In this document: positions 24,425 to 39,336 of the stretch, piece by piece
How the letters are laid out: each line of letters begins with the position of its first letter
Numbering within the stretch: position 1 is the first letter of the stretch
From: Adineta vaga
Lineage: Eukaryota > Animalia > Rotifera
Assembly: GCA_021613535.1 (NCBI GenBank)
Contig: CP075497.1
Location: 3,844,001 to 3,908,000, forward strand
Direction of reading: 5' to 3'
DNA length: 64,000 nt
The notes under the pieces: model-generated
Databases searched by the model: none
Seen by the model: only the letters and a program-made list of their open reading frames with translations
What the model was told of the DNA's origin: nothing
Program-made: the position numbers and the translations under genes

Positions 24425-27400
24425 ATACTCGTTCTCTCTCAGAAGATTATACTCAAATTCAATGGGCTGATAGACAACGAATTCATACATAGTTGTATTT
24501 TGTTATTTCATTCTTTCTCTGATTTTGTACTGTTATCAATTGTAGATTAGTCCTTTGAAGTGAAGACTATACAGACTAATATCTCTCTTTCTTTCTCTCT
24601 CTCTCGCTCTCTTTTATTGAAAAGATAAAAAGGAATGTTTAATTTGTAACTGTAGACTTGTAAAATAAACCTTACAACTAGCAAGATGATAAAGAAAACA
24701 GGAATATTTATGAATATTCATTCTTTTTACATCAAGTGTTTTCATCTTGAAATACTTTTGTTTATAATAACATGTTTCAATATGAGTACAATCACTATGT
24801 GTTTACTTTAACTTGAACCATATGTAATTGCTAAGCGTTCAGTGATTCAATCGATTCCCAAGATAAATCGGATTATATCAGACTGTTCAGTGATGATGAA
24901 AATCAAAAATAAGAATCAACTCGTTTTCGTTCTGAAATCATATCAATGATTATATATATATATGATTTCTTCAGAGAATATCAATGGTTATTTATATAGA
25001 AATACATTAATATTTTTGATCAATAATACCGATCAAATCCTCTAGAAATTATCTATACGAAACAAAATCTCTATATAGAAATACAAACTGATCCAGATCA
25101 ATTTCTTTTGAATGGAAGCAAAACACTCTTCTAAGTAATATTTTAATTAAAAATCTTGTGAACATGTTGAGAATATCTCTATAACATATCGCATCTCTTT
25201 AAGACTCTAGAGAAAGTTGATAGAATATTCTAATTCCCTGATTGTCGTTTATTTAACATAACGTTCTTTTTTCCTAATATATCGATCGCTATATAAAACA
25301 GTTCAATAATCTTCTGTTTCGAATTATCCTATGAACAGAATTGCAGATAATTTTATTCTGCCATATGATTACTTAATAGATTCCAGAAAAAAAGAGGATT
25401 AAACAATCGATCAATTAGATTTTTATCTCAATAATATCTATCAGAAGTACACGTATTTGTGGACGATCATATAATGAAATATAAACAACACCAAATGTCA
25501 CTTAGAAAGCGTCCGTGACTTCATTCTATATTTCTTTTTCTTTTCTTCTTTCTCCAAACATTCATCTAGCATTACAAAACAAGTATTAGACGTTCCTATT
25601 CTTTGCGATATTGATTGAAATACATATGTTTTCACACAATCTAACTAATAGTATAAAATAAAGTTGAATATAATATCAAGATTGATTAAATTGACAATCT
25701 TTCCAAAATTACAGTAAGTGATGCGTAAATAATCATAAAACTTTTCTTTTTAAGAACTTAAAAGCATCTGCTTGTTGAAAATATCAATTCATCATGAGAC
25801 GCAATGGTATGCTAGAGATGAAGCGATTACTCTGTGTATGTCATAAATCATCGAAACTACTATCATTAATAAAAGCAAAATAGGCAACAATGATGAACAG
25901 GTGTAGATTTACATGTATATTGTCTACTATCTTCATTGAAACATTATTTTCTATTCAATGAATGTAGATTATCTAAATTCTCTTCTTTAATATTTATGAT
26001 GACATAGAATTTACAAGAAAGTAGGAGAAAAAACGTTATTAAAAAAGAAACAAAGAACTACTTTACCATAAAACTATTCAAGATTAGTAAAACTATGTTT
26101 CTATTGAGATAAGATGTGAGAATATTCTTTTGGAACACTTATTTTCTATATGACATGCTTTTTCTCGTTAGAAATTCATTTACTAAAATAAGATTCTTTA
26201 CCGGATATTACTTGATTTATGGGGGGAAAAAAACATTTTCACGTCAAGACACTACTGTCTGAGAAGAAAAACTCCTCAAGTCAAATCAAATCATATTAGA
26301 GTTGTTCTCTATCTCTTTTTCTTTCTCGTCATATAATATATCATTCTTATTCATTTACAATGTGCTACAGTAGAACGCATTCTAATACATATTGTCTGTG
26401 AGTTGTCATTATTTTTCATATGAAAGTAGAAAGTAAATGAATGTGTTCAGTATGTATAGTATCGATTATCATTTGTCATCCATACAGTCTACTAACAATT
26501 AACTGGTACGTAGTAGCAATTAATTTGAACGTGACTTGATAGAAAAAAGAGACAAATAATTCAATATTAATGTTGTATTATTAATCACATTATTTGTCGA
26601 TAATGGATCGTGCATAATAAAACAATAAGTGAATGTAAAGTATATAGATTGAACCTCATTATAACCCACCATAGGATTTCCTTTTCTGATTTATGTCATT
26701 GTTTCTAGTGAGTAAATCGAGATGAGAAGATGATTAAGTTATAATTTGTTTCATTCAATCATAATCATGAATATCAATGAATACAAAAGAAAAACAATCT
26801 GAACCTGTTCGAAACAAATAGGCATAGTGTTTTTCTATAGTATTATATCGGTAATATTTTACATAGTTTTCATTATGGAAGTAAGTGATGAAAAAAAAGC
26901 AGAGAAAGAAACAACATCTTTTTCTTGCAAATAATTTAATTCCCCGAAGTGATTTTCTTTTATACACTGAAGTCGCGTCGACATATACATGCAACAAGTC
27001 ACTTTTCTCTTTCGTGTCTATTCCTTCTTCTTTTGATATCACCGAATAAATGAGAGGTCGGTTTGTTTCTTTCGAACTAATCCAAATATAACAAAGACTT
27101 TTTCTTTTACACTATTCCAATACATATGTAAGTAGATGTAACTTGTTCGCAGTCAAGCTGTCAAACAATTATAAGTTTCTACTATACGGAAATAGTAACG
27201 TTAGTAATATAATAAGAGTTAGAGATCAACGACATAGTTCCCTAAATTGTATCCTAATATGATTATCTTATAAAGGGTATGTATGTCGATTCTATTTAGT
27301 GCATTACTAGTATTTGCGCTTTCTTTTTATCTGCTTGAAAAGGACAAAAGGCAAACATCTGCAATGAGAGTAGATTCTTCGTCTTTTTCTCGATTATAAT

Positions 27401-27604
27401 TGCATTGTAAAACATCAAGGAACCCAGCTGGATCTATTCAGTTAGATTGAGTTGATTTGTTAATAGTCAAGTTCGTTAGAAAATACCAACATTGATCAAT
27501 GAATATATACGATAATTTAATGATTGAATAGACAAATATTAATCAAGTAAAGAATATTGTTTTGCTTTCTTTTTAGATCAATAATATCTAATTAATTCGA
27601 AGAA

Positions 27605-29466
27605 ATGAGTCCATCATTAACTACTCCACAACGTTTTAGTTGTCGATTGTTTATGAAAGATGTATTATATGGTTTTGTCACGGAATATGAAACACCAAAA
27701 ATTGTTATGATTCATAGTTATACAATTACATCATTACTTCGTTTTATTCAAACAGTACTATTGCTTTATTCTCTAGGTTATTTACTTATTTACAGAAAAG
27801 GTTATCAACATCACGACACATCTGTGATTTCATCTGTTACATTGAAAGTAAAAGGTATTGGTTATATCAGTACAAAAGAGAATGAAACCTATGTTTTCGA
27901 TGGAACAGGTACATTTTTTTTTCTATTCAATTTTCAGTTAACATATCAAATATTTGTTTTTTAATTCACAGATTATATTGTTCCACCATCGGAAAACAAT
28001 GCGATATTTATTATGACAAATTTTATTGAAACTGATCAAAGTCGATCAACATGTACAGAAAGTTCATCAGTTCGCTCTGCAACATGTACAAAAGATAGTG
28101 ATTGTCAAAAAACATCATCGTATAGATCCGATATTAATGGTCGATGGACTGGTCGATGTTCATCAGGATCAAAGATTGATGTTAATAATACAACGAAAGC
28201 TCAAAAACGTTTATGTGAAATTCAAGGTAAAGTAATAGTTACACTTCCAATATTGAAATGACCTAAGAGTTTAATAAGTACACTGAATCAAATCGACACA
28301 TGACAAGCAAATATACTAACTATAACTATTGTTTCGTCGAATACAAATTCTAATAGAAATTATCTCTCAAGAGTATATTACAATTGACATAAACTTTAAT
28401 TCTTGTAAATGTCATATGTCAGACATTGCTCGGCATAAAAGTTAATCATATTTTAATATATGTCCATAAACCGAAATGTTAATATAACTTAGTCTCTATA
28501 TCTATAGAGTTCGTGAATAAAATAAAATTCAATTGGGAATATATTTGACTATTTATATGATAATAATGTCTGTACTATTAGTGAATTGATTGTATTCTAG
28601 GTTGGTGTCCGGTGGAAGATGACAGACAAAGTTCAACTGTTATTAAAGAAATTCCTAATTTTACGATATTTTTAAAAAATTTCATTGAATTTCCGACATT
28701 CAATATTAAACATAAGAATATGGTTGAGAATTTAAAATCATGTATATATGATCCAATTCAAAATTCCGATTGTCCAATATTCCGTCTTAGTTATATATTA
28801 AATGAAGCGGAAAAGAATGCGACTGAACGAGAATTAATGTTAATTCATGGTGCTGTTATACGTGTTAAACTTGATTGGGATTGTAATCTAGATCGAAATA
28901 TAAAATCATGTAAACCAATCTATTCATTTGCACGACTTGATACATCATTTCATGAAGAATCATTTTCAATTGGTTTTAATTTTCGTTTTGCATCAAACTG
29001 GAAATCGAAAAACACGTATGTACGTTCATTAAGAAAAGCGTACGGTCTTCGTTTTATTATTTCTGTTAGTGGTAAAGCTGGAAAATTCGATTTTATTACA
29101 TTAACATTGAATACAGGTTCATTAGTTGGTATTTTTGGATTAGCATCATTCGTATGCGATTATATTCTTTTGAATCTAAGTAAAAAAGCATCAATGTACA
29201 GAGACCAAATCTTCCAACGTGTCGGTTCAAAACGAGTAAGTCTTGATGGAGCTTTTGCACAATTTCAAGCACAAAGTAACACATTATCTACAATATTCCA
29301 AAATCCCGATGCTACAGAACAAGAAAATACACCAGCTTTTCATTTATCTGAATCTACAGAAAAATTTCAAAATGCAATTAATACATCATTGCCATCTACT
29401 CTTGTCAATCTAAATTACTTACCAAAATTACAACCAAGTTTAGGCCTAACGAATACAATGAATTAA
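27605..29466 (+). CDS. P2X purinoceptor (ATP-gated cation channel), 3 exons
   Basis: YETPK, KGYQ, TLKVKG, DYIVPP, MTNF, GWCP, CPIFRL, WDCNLD, GFNFRFA, KAYGLRF, GKAGKFD and two TM helices; exons ~27605-27908, 27972-28226, 28601-29466. Confidence 0.95.
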
Positions 29467-29682
29467 GGAAAATAAACACACAAAGTCATTCGTATTTTAA
29501 TCGTTGTTTTCTTTTTCGATTCTATAGACTTTGTTTTTATAAATATACTTTATGTGATAATGAATGATTTAGAATATATATATATGTATATGTATGTATG
29601 TCTTTGAAAGATTTATCTCCTTTGGATTTTTGTCATTCGCATATAATTAAATAGGCGTCTGGTTTTGTCGTATTTCAGTGAT

Positions 29683-30970
29683 TTATTCAGAAAAGTATTG
29701 CGCAACAAATGCATTCCGTACTGTTGTCCATTCTTCATCTGTCATGCCAGCATAGACATCGTAGAATTGATGTGCAAACAGTTTTTGTGCAGGTATATTT
29801 GATCGTCGTGTAATAGTTGGTGATGAATCATTCAATGATGAACGTTCAGGTGATCGATCAGAACCGTCTGAATCATGTTGATTTTCATTATCTTCTGTCT
29901 TTGTAGTTGATGCGAGATTGATTGCTTGTTTTTGAGGATCTTAAATAAATAGATAAGGTCGATTAAATGAAAATTTCTTTTTAATTACTTTTCTTTTTTC
30001 CCAAACGTGATTGTTGTGCAGTCAGTAATTCTTGTCGTTTTTTTCGTTCACTTGCTAGTTTTACTAATCGTTCTTCTCGTTGACGATTGGATTTTTCTAA
30101 TGCTTGTTCAGCTTCTGTACCTTGATGTTTGATAGCAATTTTCTCTTCACGTTCACGGATCATCGATTTTTCATTTCGCTTTTTCCATTTAAATTTTATA
30201 ATCGTTCGACGACTTTGTACTTGACCGAAAATTTCAGCAAAAGTTTCAGCTGTTTGTCCAAATATATCTCTTATTTTTAGTCGAGCACCATGATCTAAAA
30301 GCATTTCCATCTCTTGCAGTGAAGCACGAGCAACTGCAACCATTAATGGAGTGCGTCCTGCTGCTGTTTGATAATTAATACCAACATCTGTTAGAAGAAA
30401 ATCAAATAGTAACGAATTTTTCTATTTTATTGATGAGATTTCAATATTATCATACATACTATTTTCACATAGACGACGTACTATGCCATGTCTTTGACGA
30501 TGTGCAGCTGTAAATAAAGCAATGCTACCTCGTTCTCGAATATAGTCTTCTTTCTCTTCTGGAGATAAACTATCAGCAATTGCTGATGAAAATGGAACAT
30601 CGGGCAAAACACCGAGTTGAAAAAGCTAAATTAATTGAGCGCGTTTTTTTTACAATGGAAAAATATATCAACTTCAAAATTTTAGATCTATAGTTACCTT
30701 TGCTTCATCGTTAGCTACAACAGCTTGAACAATTGGTTCATAAATAAACCATACATCGAGTACAAACGTACAGTTTGGCACGGGATCATAATATTTCAAT
30801 TTTTGTCCATCAAGTAAATTACTTTCATCCAAATAATATATCCATTGAAGATGTGCTGGTATTCCACATATGATTTCAAGAATGATTTTCAATTCTCGAA
30901 CTTTTGTATTGAAATTTATTGTTCGTAATTTGAATCGTTCACCTGTTGAACGTAAAAATATATTAATCAT
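29683..30970 (-). CDS. ANKRD60: Ubiquitin-like + ankyrin repeat protein (ANKRD60-like)
   Basis: TGERF...VRELK..LE..CGIP.HLQ..YYLDE..L.D...LKYYD.VP ubiquitin-like domain; ankyrin motifs ALFTAAHR and GRTPLMVA; stop at 29683-29685. Confidence 0.75.
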
Positions 30971-31762
30971 TCGTTCAAGAACAACGACGATCGAGAGAAA
31001 TAAAATGAAGTTGACATTATAAATGCATACTATTTATTTGTCACGATGGAAGCAAGCAATTGAAGAAAAAATGACATGGCAATAGAGGGAGTACAGACGA
31101 TCAAAACTTTTTATTGGTTCGAACGAATGATTTTCATTTCAATAAATTCTTTTAATATGCGCACAAAATTCAAGAAAATGAAATTTAAAAAGAATCCAGT
31201 TGAAATTTGAAGTTTATCTTTTCAAACATATTATTAGAAAATGTTTCATCAGTGAGTATCTTTGCTAAAAGTAAAGTATGTAAAAAGAACAGATATCGAA
31301 TTCGATGATTGAGCGACCACAAATAAAATCATAGCATATACACACTAAAGTATCTTGAATTCCATTGAAAGCAAAAAGAAATAGAAAAATCCTATATTCC
31401 GTACCCGCAATTGTATCGAAACGAAACTAAAATCTGTTGTAATGTTCCATTCAGGTAACGATGAACTCTATTTATTAACTGATTAATTTGTATATTACAG
31501 ATAATCATTAGAATGAGAATGAGATCATTCGACATGCATTTTTTTCTTAATCTTTTTTTCCTGAATTTAAAAGTATGATCAGTAAAACAAATGAAAATTT
31601 TTTTTAATCGTATTAGTACAGATGATATAATGATTTTTGTCATACTAGTAAAAAAGATATTCATCTCTATCGAAGCATAGGGATACAATAGTATAACATA
31701 AATAATTCTTTTGCTTAACCTTGAACACAAGTATATCAAGTCACAAAATGTATGTTGTTGTA

Positions 31763-31874
31763 GTCAGCATGGCCGAGTGGTCTAAGGCGCCAGACTCAAG
31801 CGATATGCTTCCTCAGTGAGGTGGAGTGTTCTGGTCAGCGTATGCTGGCGTGGGTTCGACTCCCACTGCTGACA
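31763..31874 (+). tRNA. tRNA-Leu(CAA) with a 28-nt intron (31801-31828)
   Basis: Acceptor stem gtcagca/tgctgac, A box tggccgagtgg, anticodon CAA 31797-31799, long variable arm, B box ggttcgactcc, downstream poly-T terminator. Confidence 0.95.
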
Positions 31875-32833
31875 CCATTTTTTTGCGCATTCTAAGACTT
31901 GTTTTTCTCTTATTTTTCTGCGCGTTCTGTTCTCTTCAAACAGAATGGAAAGAAAAATCCAGTAAATACCATCAGTAACTAGAGACTAGACTCGTGTACC
32001 GTTGCTCTAGTATAGGAACAACGAAAATTCTCTTCTATGCTTTGAGATACATGTAAAGAATCCACTCAGAAAACCATATGATCACCGTGACATTATTCTT
32101 CTATCTTATTATCGAAAATTCAATGGCTTGTCTTCTCGATTATCAATCATTTAGCAATAAGTTTTGTCTCTCTCGTTCGCATGATCGCGGTATGATCTTT
32201 CTTTTTCTCTTTGCAAAAAATATTTGTACAAAAAGAAAACAAACAAAAAGATTGAGAACAAAAAAAACGAACAAAGTAATAATAGAAGAAGGAGAGAAAA
32301 AACAAACAACAGACGACAAAAAAAAAAGAAAAAAAACAAACATTACATATCGTTTGCAGCAACAATTCTAATAAACAAATGAGTCTAATTGTTTGTTTGA
32401 ACGAATCAATCATATTCAAAAAAGTTCTTTCGATACTTGCCGTATTACATACAAATATATGTAAATAAACGAACAACACTCAAGAATAGTAAATAATAGC
32501 AGGTAGGACGGAAGAATAGAGAATGATGACCACATCAACAACAACAACAAAACTGTCGGTGTTTGGTCGTGTTTTTTTTAATAATAAGGGCAAACGTGCA
32601 TATATATATTTATATAACTCTCTACAAAATGTACAATGTTTCAGAAGGCAAAGGACAACAAGTGTAACACCAAATAAAATATGGTTGAAGAGAAATATAT
32701 GTGAATATATATATATAGAGAGAGAGAGAAAGAGAGAGAGAGCGAGCGAACATATAAAAATCTAACTTAAAAGAAAGAATGCTCATCACTGCACAGAAGA
32801 AAAAGCACAAGAACAACAATTAACATGGTAGTT

Positions 32834-35800
32834 TCAATTCATCCATTTTCGACAATTAGTTGTACCACATAAACACGGAATTTTCGAATCTTCTTCGAAA
32901 TCAAATTTATAATCATACATTATTTCTTCACCTTTTGCAATACGTCGATTAGTAATGATAATGATTTTGCTGTCTTTTTCAATTTGTACAACTTCAGCAA
33001 TGGAATTTGGCTAATACAAAAACGAAAAGATAAGTTCAACTCAATGAATAAAATCATTTCATTTACCTCGCATGAATGATTTATATAACGAGCTAAACAA
33101 CCACTCATTGTTGCATCAACAACATATTCTTCATCTAATCGAAACATATAGATTCCACGATTTTGTTGTTCATATAGTTTTTCTCGTTTATTAGCAACTT
33201 CATTACGAATTAATTCACCTATATACTCAATAACCATTGTATGTTTTTCCAGATCACGGCCAGCAAATAAGCCCAATCCCTAATAGAATTCACGAATTAT
33301 CTTTATATACAAATAGAACATTCTGACTTACCTGAATACGTGATTTAGCAAGAAATACATTTTGACGCCATTCAGTTTTTAATTTTCGATATTGAGTTGA
33401 TTTTGATAGAACAAAATGTTTGACATAGGGAATTTGAGTACCTAAAAATCAAGATTAAATAACATGATCACCTTTAGTTTTGTTTATTTACCTTCAACAC
33501 CAAGTACAGTTCGTGGTAGAGCACTTCGAGTCGAATGTGAACTTGTCAATGTTTGTGCATGACTATATGATATACGAAATATGAATTCAATATTCAATTT
33601 GATAAACAAATAGTCTTACCGTCGAAAATGAGTATTTAATTTTGGTTCACTTCTTGCACAACCGGTTGGATTTAATGTTAATGGCATATCTAATAATTGT
33701 AATCGACCATATTTAAATGCATAGTTTTGTAACATTTCAACGCCTGGCAATGATTCAATGAGACGTATAATATGTGGCTCCTGAAAGAGACAAAATATTA
33801 AGTGTATATGATTTTATATTTATTAACTTACAGTTAGTCCGTACAAATCTTCTCCACTGACAAATATTGAAAACATTTTTACTAGACCATGTTGTCGTCT
33901 TAATGCATCAATTTCATCGACAATTCTATGCCAAACAGCTTTCGCAGTTCGTTCAAAAAATTCTTGTGCTGGTTCATCAATATTTTCTTGTATACGTATT
34001 CGAAACATTGGTTTATTATCAACATCAATTATTGAACAATGATAAGCACAACGACGATTTGGACGACGCATAGACCAATAAAATCGTGTAACAGTATAAC
34101 CGACCTGAAATTAAAATATGATTTTAAATACAAATCATCGCAACTAAACCAAATGATCATTTACAGGATAGATAAAATTTCGATTATGAAATACAGCTGA
34201 TTGTAATTGATGTGGTAACAATTGACCAACATTGTGAAGAACAAGACTACCGATACGAAGTGTATATGATGTTTCTTCATGTTCTTCTGTCATATAACTA
34301 CAAGCAAAGATAAACGATCAATATTGAACTGATTTTAGATGATTGCTTACGTTTGAATTTGTTTAACTTCATCTCTATTAATCCAAACTTTACGAATAAC
34401 AGATTTATCATCGAGTATTTGATCCATTGCCGTTGTTCGTGAAGCATGAATTGGACACATAATTGTCTATAAAAATGCAATAGATCGAAAAATAATAATC
34501 AATTTCTTCTCTCGACTTACTTTATTCTTATAAAATACACAACCACTACTAACCGCACATGGAAAATGATATGCATTTGGACAACGTTGAGAAAAACATG
34601 TTAAACTGGCACCTTTTTGTTTACATGATGCGCATTCGGTAGTAATTGAACGATTATATGCTTGTTCAACACACATTAGTGCACCACTAACTGTTTCATA
34701 GACTTCTGTTGACCATAGAGCACAATTTAAATGACACCATTGACCAACATCAAGATTAAGTAATCTATAACGAGAAAAGAAAAAGAAAAAGAAATGATAT
34801 CGATAAATATTCGAAATATTGATTCAATTATCAATATATACCTTCCAGGTCCATTTGTAGTCAAATCACCCACACCACTACAAAAAGCACAGATTCGTTT
34901 ATCTTGTTGAGCATTTGCTGACAATGGTATTTTCATTTCTGTAATTAATTGTTCGATTTCATTTGTATTTGATGGTCGTATAACAGTTTTTAATGTCATA
35001 CTTGGATCCCATCGTTTCCATCGAATATCTTTCCATCGTTTATCACCATTCGACTAAAAATAATTTATTTCTAAAATAATTATTCAAATATATATATATT
35101 TTTACTTTATTAAGAGTTTCATGCCGTCGTTTCAATGATAAACGTCGTGGTCGTCCATTCGGTGAACCATTTAAATCATTTGGTGTACAAGGTGGTGATG
35201 TTGTATCCATTGATTCATTTTTAATTGTTGGAGAACTATTTATTGAAGTATTAACAGTTAATGCTTGTTGTTGATTATGAGTATTTGATAGACAAGTATT
35301 AAAACATTGTTCATTACAAAAATAAATAAATGGTTCAGAATTTGGTATCAATTCTCTAACGGATGATGGTAATTCAGTTAAACGTTTTTTAAATAAATTA
35401 TCTGATGTTAAACGTTGTGTACAATTACGACAATGTTTTGGTTGCATTTCTATTAATGATTGAATACTAACACTTGTTTCTCGTCCACTTTTATATGTCG
35501 AAGTTCCTCGACTTATAATCGGTAATTGAGCAATGGTTGATGATGATGATGATGATGATGATAAAAAATGATTTGAATGATTTGTATTGACTGTTGTTGA
35601 ACATGAACAATTCTGATCTGATGCAGAAGAATATGGAGCATTGGAATTATTATTTAATGTTTGACGAACATCAAATGTTGATGGATAAGCTATTTTAAGT
35701 AAATCAGCAACAGCAGCAATGACACTTTGAACATTATTTGCAGCTTCAGTTGTTAATGTTAACGTTACTGATACCTATTTTCAAAAATAGAAATAAAAAA

Positions 35801-38800
35801 AAAAAACTAAAAAGAATGAGTTGTATGTGATTTTATTACCTTGTCCGTTCCTTCGACAAGTTGTCGATCTTTCTTTTCAAGTTCATTGCCATTTAGTGGT
35901 AGTGGTACAGTTGTGGTTGTTGAATCAATGGGTTCTTGTTTGATATCAACCGTTGTATTTGTTGTCGTTAGTGTTGGTGGTGCCGAGGATGACGATGGTA
36001 ATAATTCACTGTTCTTTGTTGTTGATATTTCATTTGATATTAATACAGGACTTAAAGATCTATAATCATGAGTAGATGATAATGTTTTAAGTAACTGACT
36101 ATTTTCAGTTTCAATATTATTTAATATATTATCATCATCAGCCAATGTTGATGTTGATATAATACTTTCGTCGTCCCGTATGTCATTATTTTCTTCTTTG
36201 ACTAATAATTTAGATAATTTATCATTTGAATCCATAGCTAATGGTGGCGATGGTAAACTAGGAGGATGATCGAGAAGTGTGGAACATATACGATAACGTC
36301 GTTCAAGTGCTGATAGAGGATTGGTAGCTAGAAAAAGGAAGAAACCAATGTTATTTTCTATTATATTACAAAAAAAATTGCAAAACTAAACTTACGGATT
36401 GTTAATGAGACTGGTTTAGGAGGAGGTCGTCGTTGTGGTCGATAATAATCATTAATATTTTCAATAAATACATGACCAAAATCACCTTGATATTGATATT
36501 TTTTCTCAGATAAATCGATCGGTAATGATAATGAAAGTTCATTATTAATATCAATAGATGGTTCGAGTGGTGTTAACATAGGTAAATCACGTAATTGTTG
36601 TAATGAATGTTCCACAAATTTCTCTGTTTCTTCGGTTCCTTTTTCTAAATAATATACAATTTTTGTTTAGTAGAACAAAAGAGAAAAAAAATTATCGATT
36701 GACATACTTTTACGTTTACGTGCTTTAGTTGGTACATCATCATCAAAGGATGCATTCATATCATTAGGTTTACGTTTTTTTCGTGGTTTAGGAATTTTCA
36801 CATTGGGAAGAGATGATGTTGAAGGATTCGGATGTGATAGAGTATTCATCGGTGGATTGTATAGATGATGATGATTATTCGAATAATTATGTGATGTATT
36901 ATCATGTATTGGCATTTGAGAATTGTCGTAGGGATCATTATTATCAGTCGCTATACCATTGGACATTCCATTACCTCCAACTCGTGCTTTCAATGAAGCA
37001 ATTTCTTCAGAATTCTATGCAGAAAAGAATACCAATGAAATATGAATGTTTGTTCTTCAAAAAAAGAATTGAACTTACAGCTTGTGGATTAATTTGTAAT
37101 AAAGATTTGAGAATATTATCATCAGTAGTAAGCATACCAGATGGCAAATGTAGAACTTGCTGTGGCATTGATTGTTGTTGATGTACATGTTTTTGTTGAT
37201 TTAAAAGACTATCATTCATGTGAGAATTGGTTTGAAGTGGTGTAATATGTTGTGATGATTGTTGAATTTGCTGAGGAGGAGGCGGTGCTGATCGATAGAG
37301 AGTATTATGATCATAAATAATAGGCTGTTGTTGTTGTTGTTGTTGCATAATTAGTTGAGAAGGTGGTGGAGGTCCACGCGGTCCAAATGCATTTGGTGGC
37401 ATCATACGTGGTTTCATCATTTGATAATTATGTTGTTGCTGTTGTAGTGGTTGCTGCGGTTGTTGTGAGGCTTGTATCATATGTGGATAACGTAAAACAA
37501 CAGCTGATGGACCTGAAGGTATTCCATTTGTTGGCATACCAGGTCTAATAGATTGTTGTGGCTGTAGAGATGTTTGTTGTTTAACTTTACCAATACCAGT
37601 TACAGTTGTGACTGGTGATGAAATCATTGGGCGAGTATTAACATATATTCCAGTTGGTGGATGATGAGGCGTCGATGAAAGTTGATGATGTGATCCATGA
37701 GATGCAATAATATGTGGATTATCTAGTTTATTTTGTACATTCATTTGTTGTGGTGAAATAAAATTATTATTGGTATTGGTTGCTTGAGGTGAGGATTGAT
37801 GAATAGAATAACCAGCTAGTATGGTTGGTGTTATCGATGCTTGATTCATATGATGCATATTAACACCTAAATTATTTGGTAACGGAGATGGAAGAGGTAT
37901 AAGTGATGTAATTGAAGTTGAATTCGGTGGAGATTGCGGAGTTTCATTTGCTCCTGGTTGTGATGGTTGTCTTGTCATTGGAACATTAATACCATAATTA
38001 TTTAATAGATCTTGATTAAATCGAACATGATGTGAACCAGCTTGAATTTGCTGTGGCTGTTGCTGCTGTGGCTGTGATTGCTGCTGTTGTTGTTGTTGTT
38101 GTTGTTGCAGCGGTTGTTGTGGAACAATATTTCGTGCTGTTGGCATATTTGTCATTGTACCATTGTTGGGTGCTTGAGGTAGACGAACTTGTTGAGAAGA
38201 ATGACGTTGTAGATTTCCAGACATTGATGGTGATGACATTGATACATCGTCAGAAAGTTGATGTGGAGTACCAGGTGTTGGAGTACGAGAAATAGTACGC
38301 GGCGATTGAACATTAGTAATACTATGCTGTTTTGAAGGTGATGGAGAATGAAGGAGATATTTATTCGCACCCGATGGATCATTGGACGGCTTAAATAAAA
38401 GAAGATAAATGAAATTATTTTTCAAAACACTATCAAATCGTTTCGATAATTCTTACATCTTCAATATGTCGTACAGGATCATCAAAAGGATTTTGAACAA
38501 CGATCGTCCTAGAATACAATAAAATATGATTGATATAAATCACAAATGACTTTTAATTTCATACATCGATTTTGAAGGATTATTCGAATTATCAACACTT
38601 GTTGTTCGTATCATTGGTGAATGATATAATCGTGCATCAGTAGGTGTACGTGGTGTATTGATAATAGTAACATTATTTCCAATTGCTGTCACTGATCGCA
38701 TATGTTGTGTTGTTGATCCATCTATTGTATAAACATTGTCTGTTTTAATATCAAGCTTAGTTGGTGGCGGCGGTGGTACTGACGATACTGAATCATTCAT
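32834..38800 (-). CDS. KMT2C: KMT2C/D (MLL3/4, Trr-like) C-terminal unit: Q/P-rich region, extended PHD, FYRN/FYRC, WIN motif, SET and post-SET
   Basis: GCARSEP (WIN), SRIQGLGLFA...HTMVIEYIG...YMFRLD...ARYINHSC...YDYKFDFE...CLCGTTNCRKWMN; candidate own ATG at 38800 with an in-frame stop upstream. Confidence 0.9.
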
Positions 38801-39336
38801 TGTCGATTTCAATTCGACAAATCAATCGTTCATGTATCATTGAATATAGACATATACAAAACAATACTGTTCGTGCTAATATCAGCAGAAGATATACATC
38901 TAAAACATGGAAGATAAAAGACAAAAAAGAAGAGAAACAAAAGAAAAATGTCATTATCTACAAGTTCATCAGCGAACAACATAAAACAAATAGCACACAC
39001 ATACGCTCACACACAATCTGTTTCGTAGTTTCGTGTTGTTTTTTGAAAGAAATCCCTGGAAGTGAATTTTTTTCAATGCTTAATAATACCGGAAGACGAA
39101 AAAGTCAACAAACAAAGATAACTTAATCACAAAAAGAATGGAAGAAGAAACATAACACATGAAAGTCTACTGTTTGAACTTGTTCACAACCGGATGTTGA
39201 TTGCATTGGCTCAAGAATAATGAGAGAGAGAGAGAAATAAAATGCAATGAAGTGCACCACAGTGAAAGAAAACAAAACAAAAGAAATCAAAACAACAAGG
39301 AAAAAAACGGAAATAGAAAAGTAAAACAAAACAAAA

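Noticed and set aside
31392-32819. Multiple Phe/Lys-rich ORFs around the tRNA
   Set aside because: Low-complexity 3'-UTR/intergenic sequence (A/T runs, GA/TA microsatellites)
37007-38425. Poly-Q/CAG-CAA tracts as a novel repeat system
   Set aside because: Q-rich disordered regions are expected in KMT2C/D
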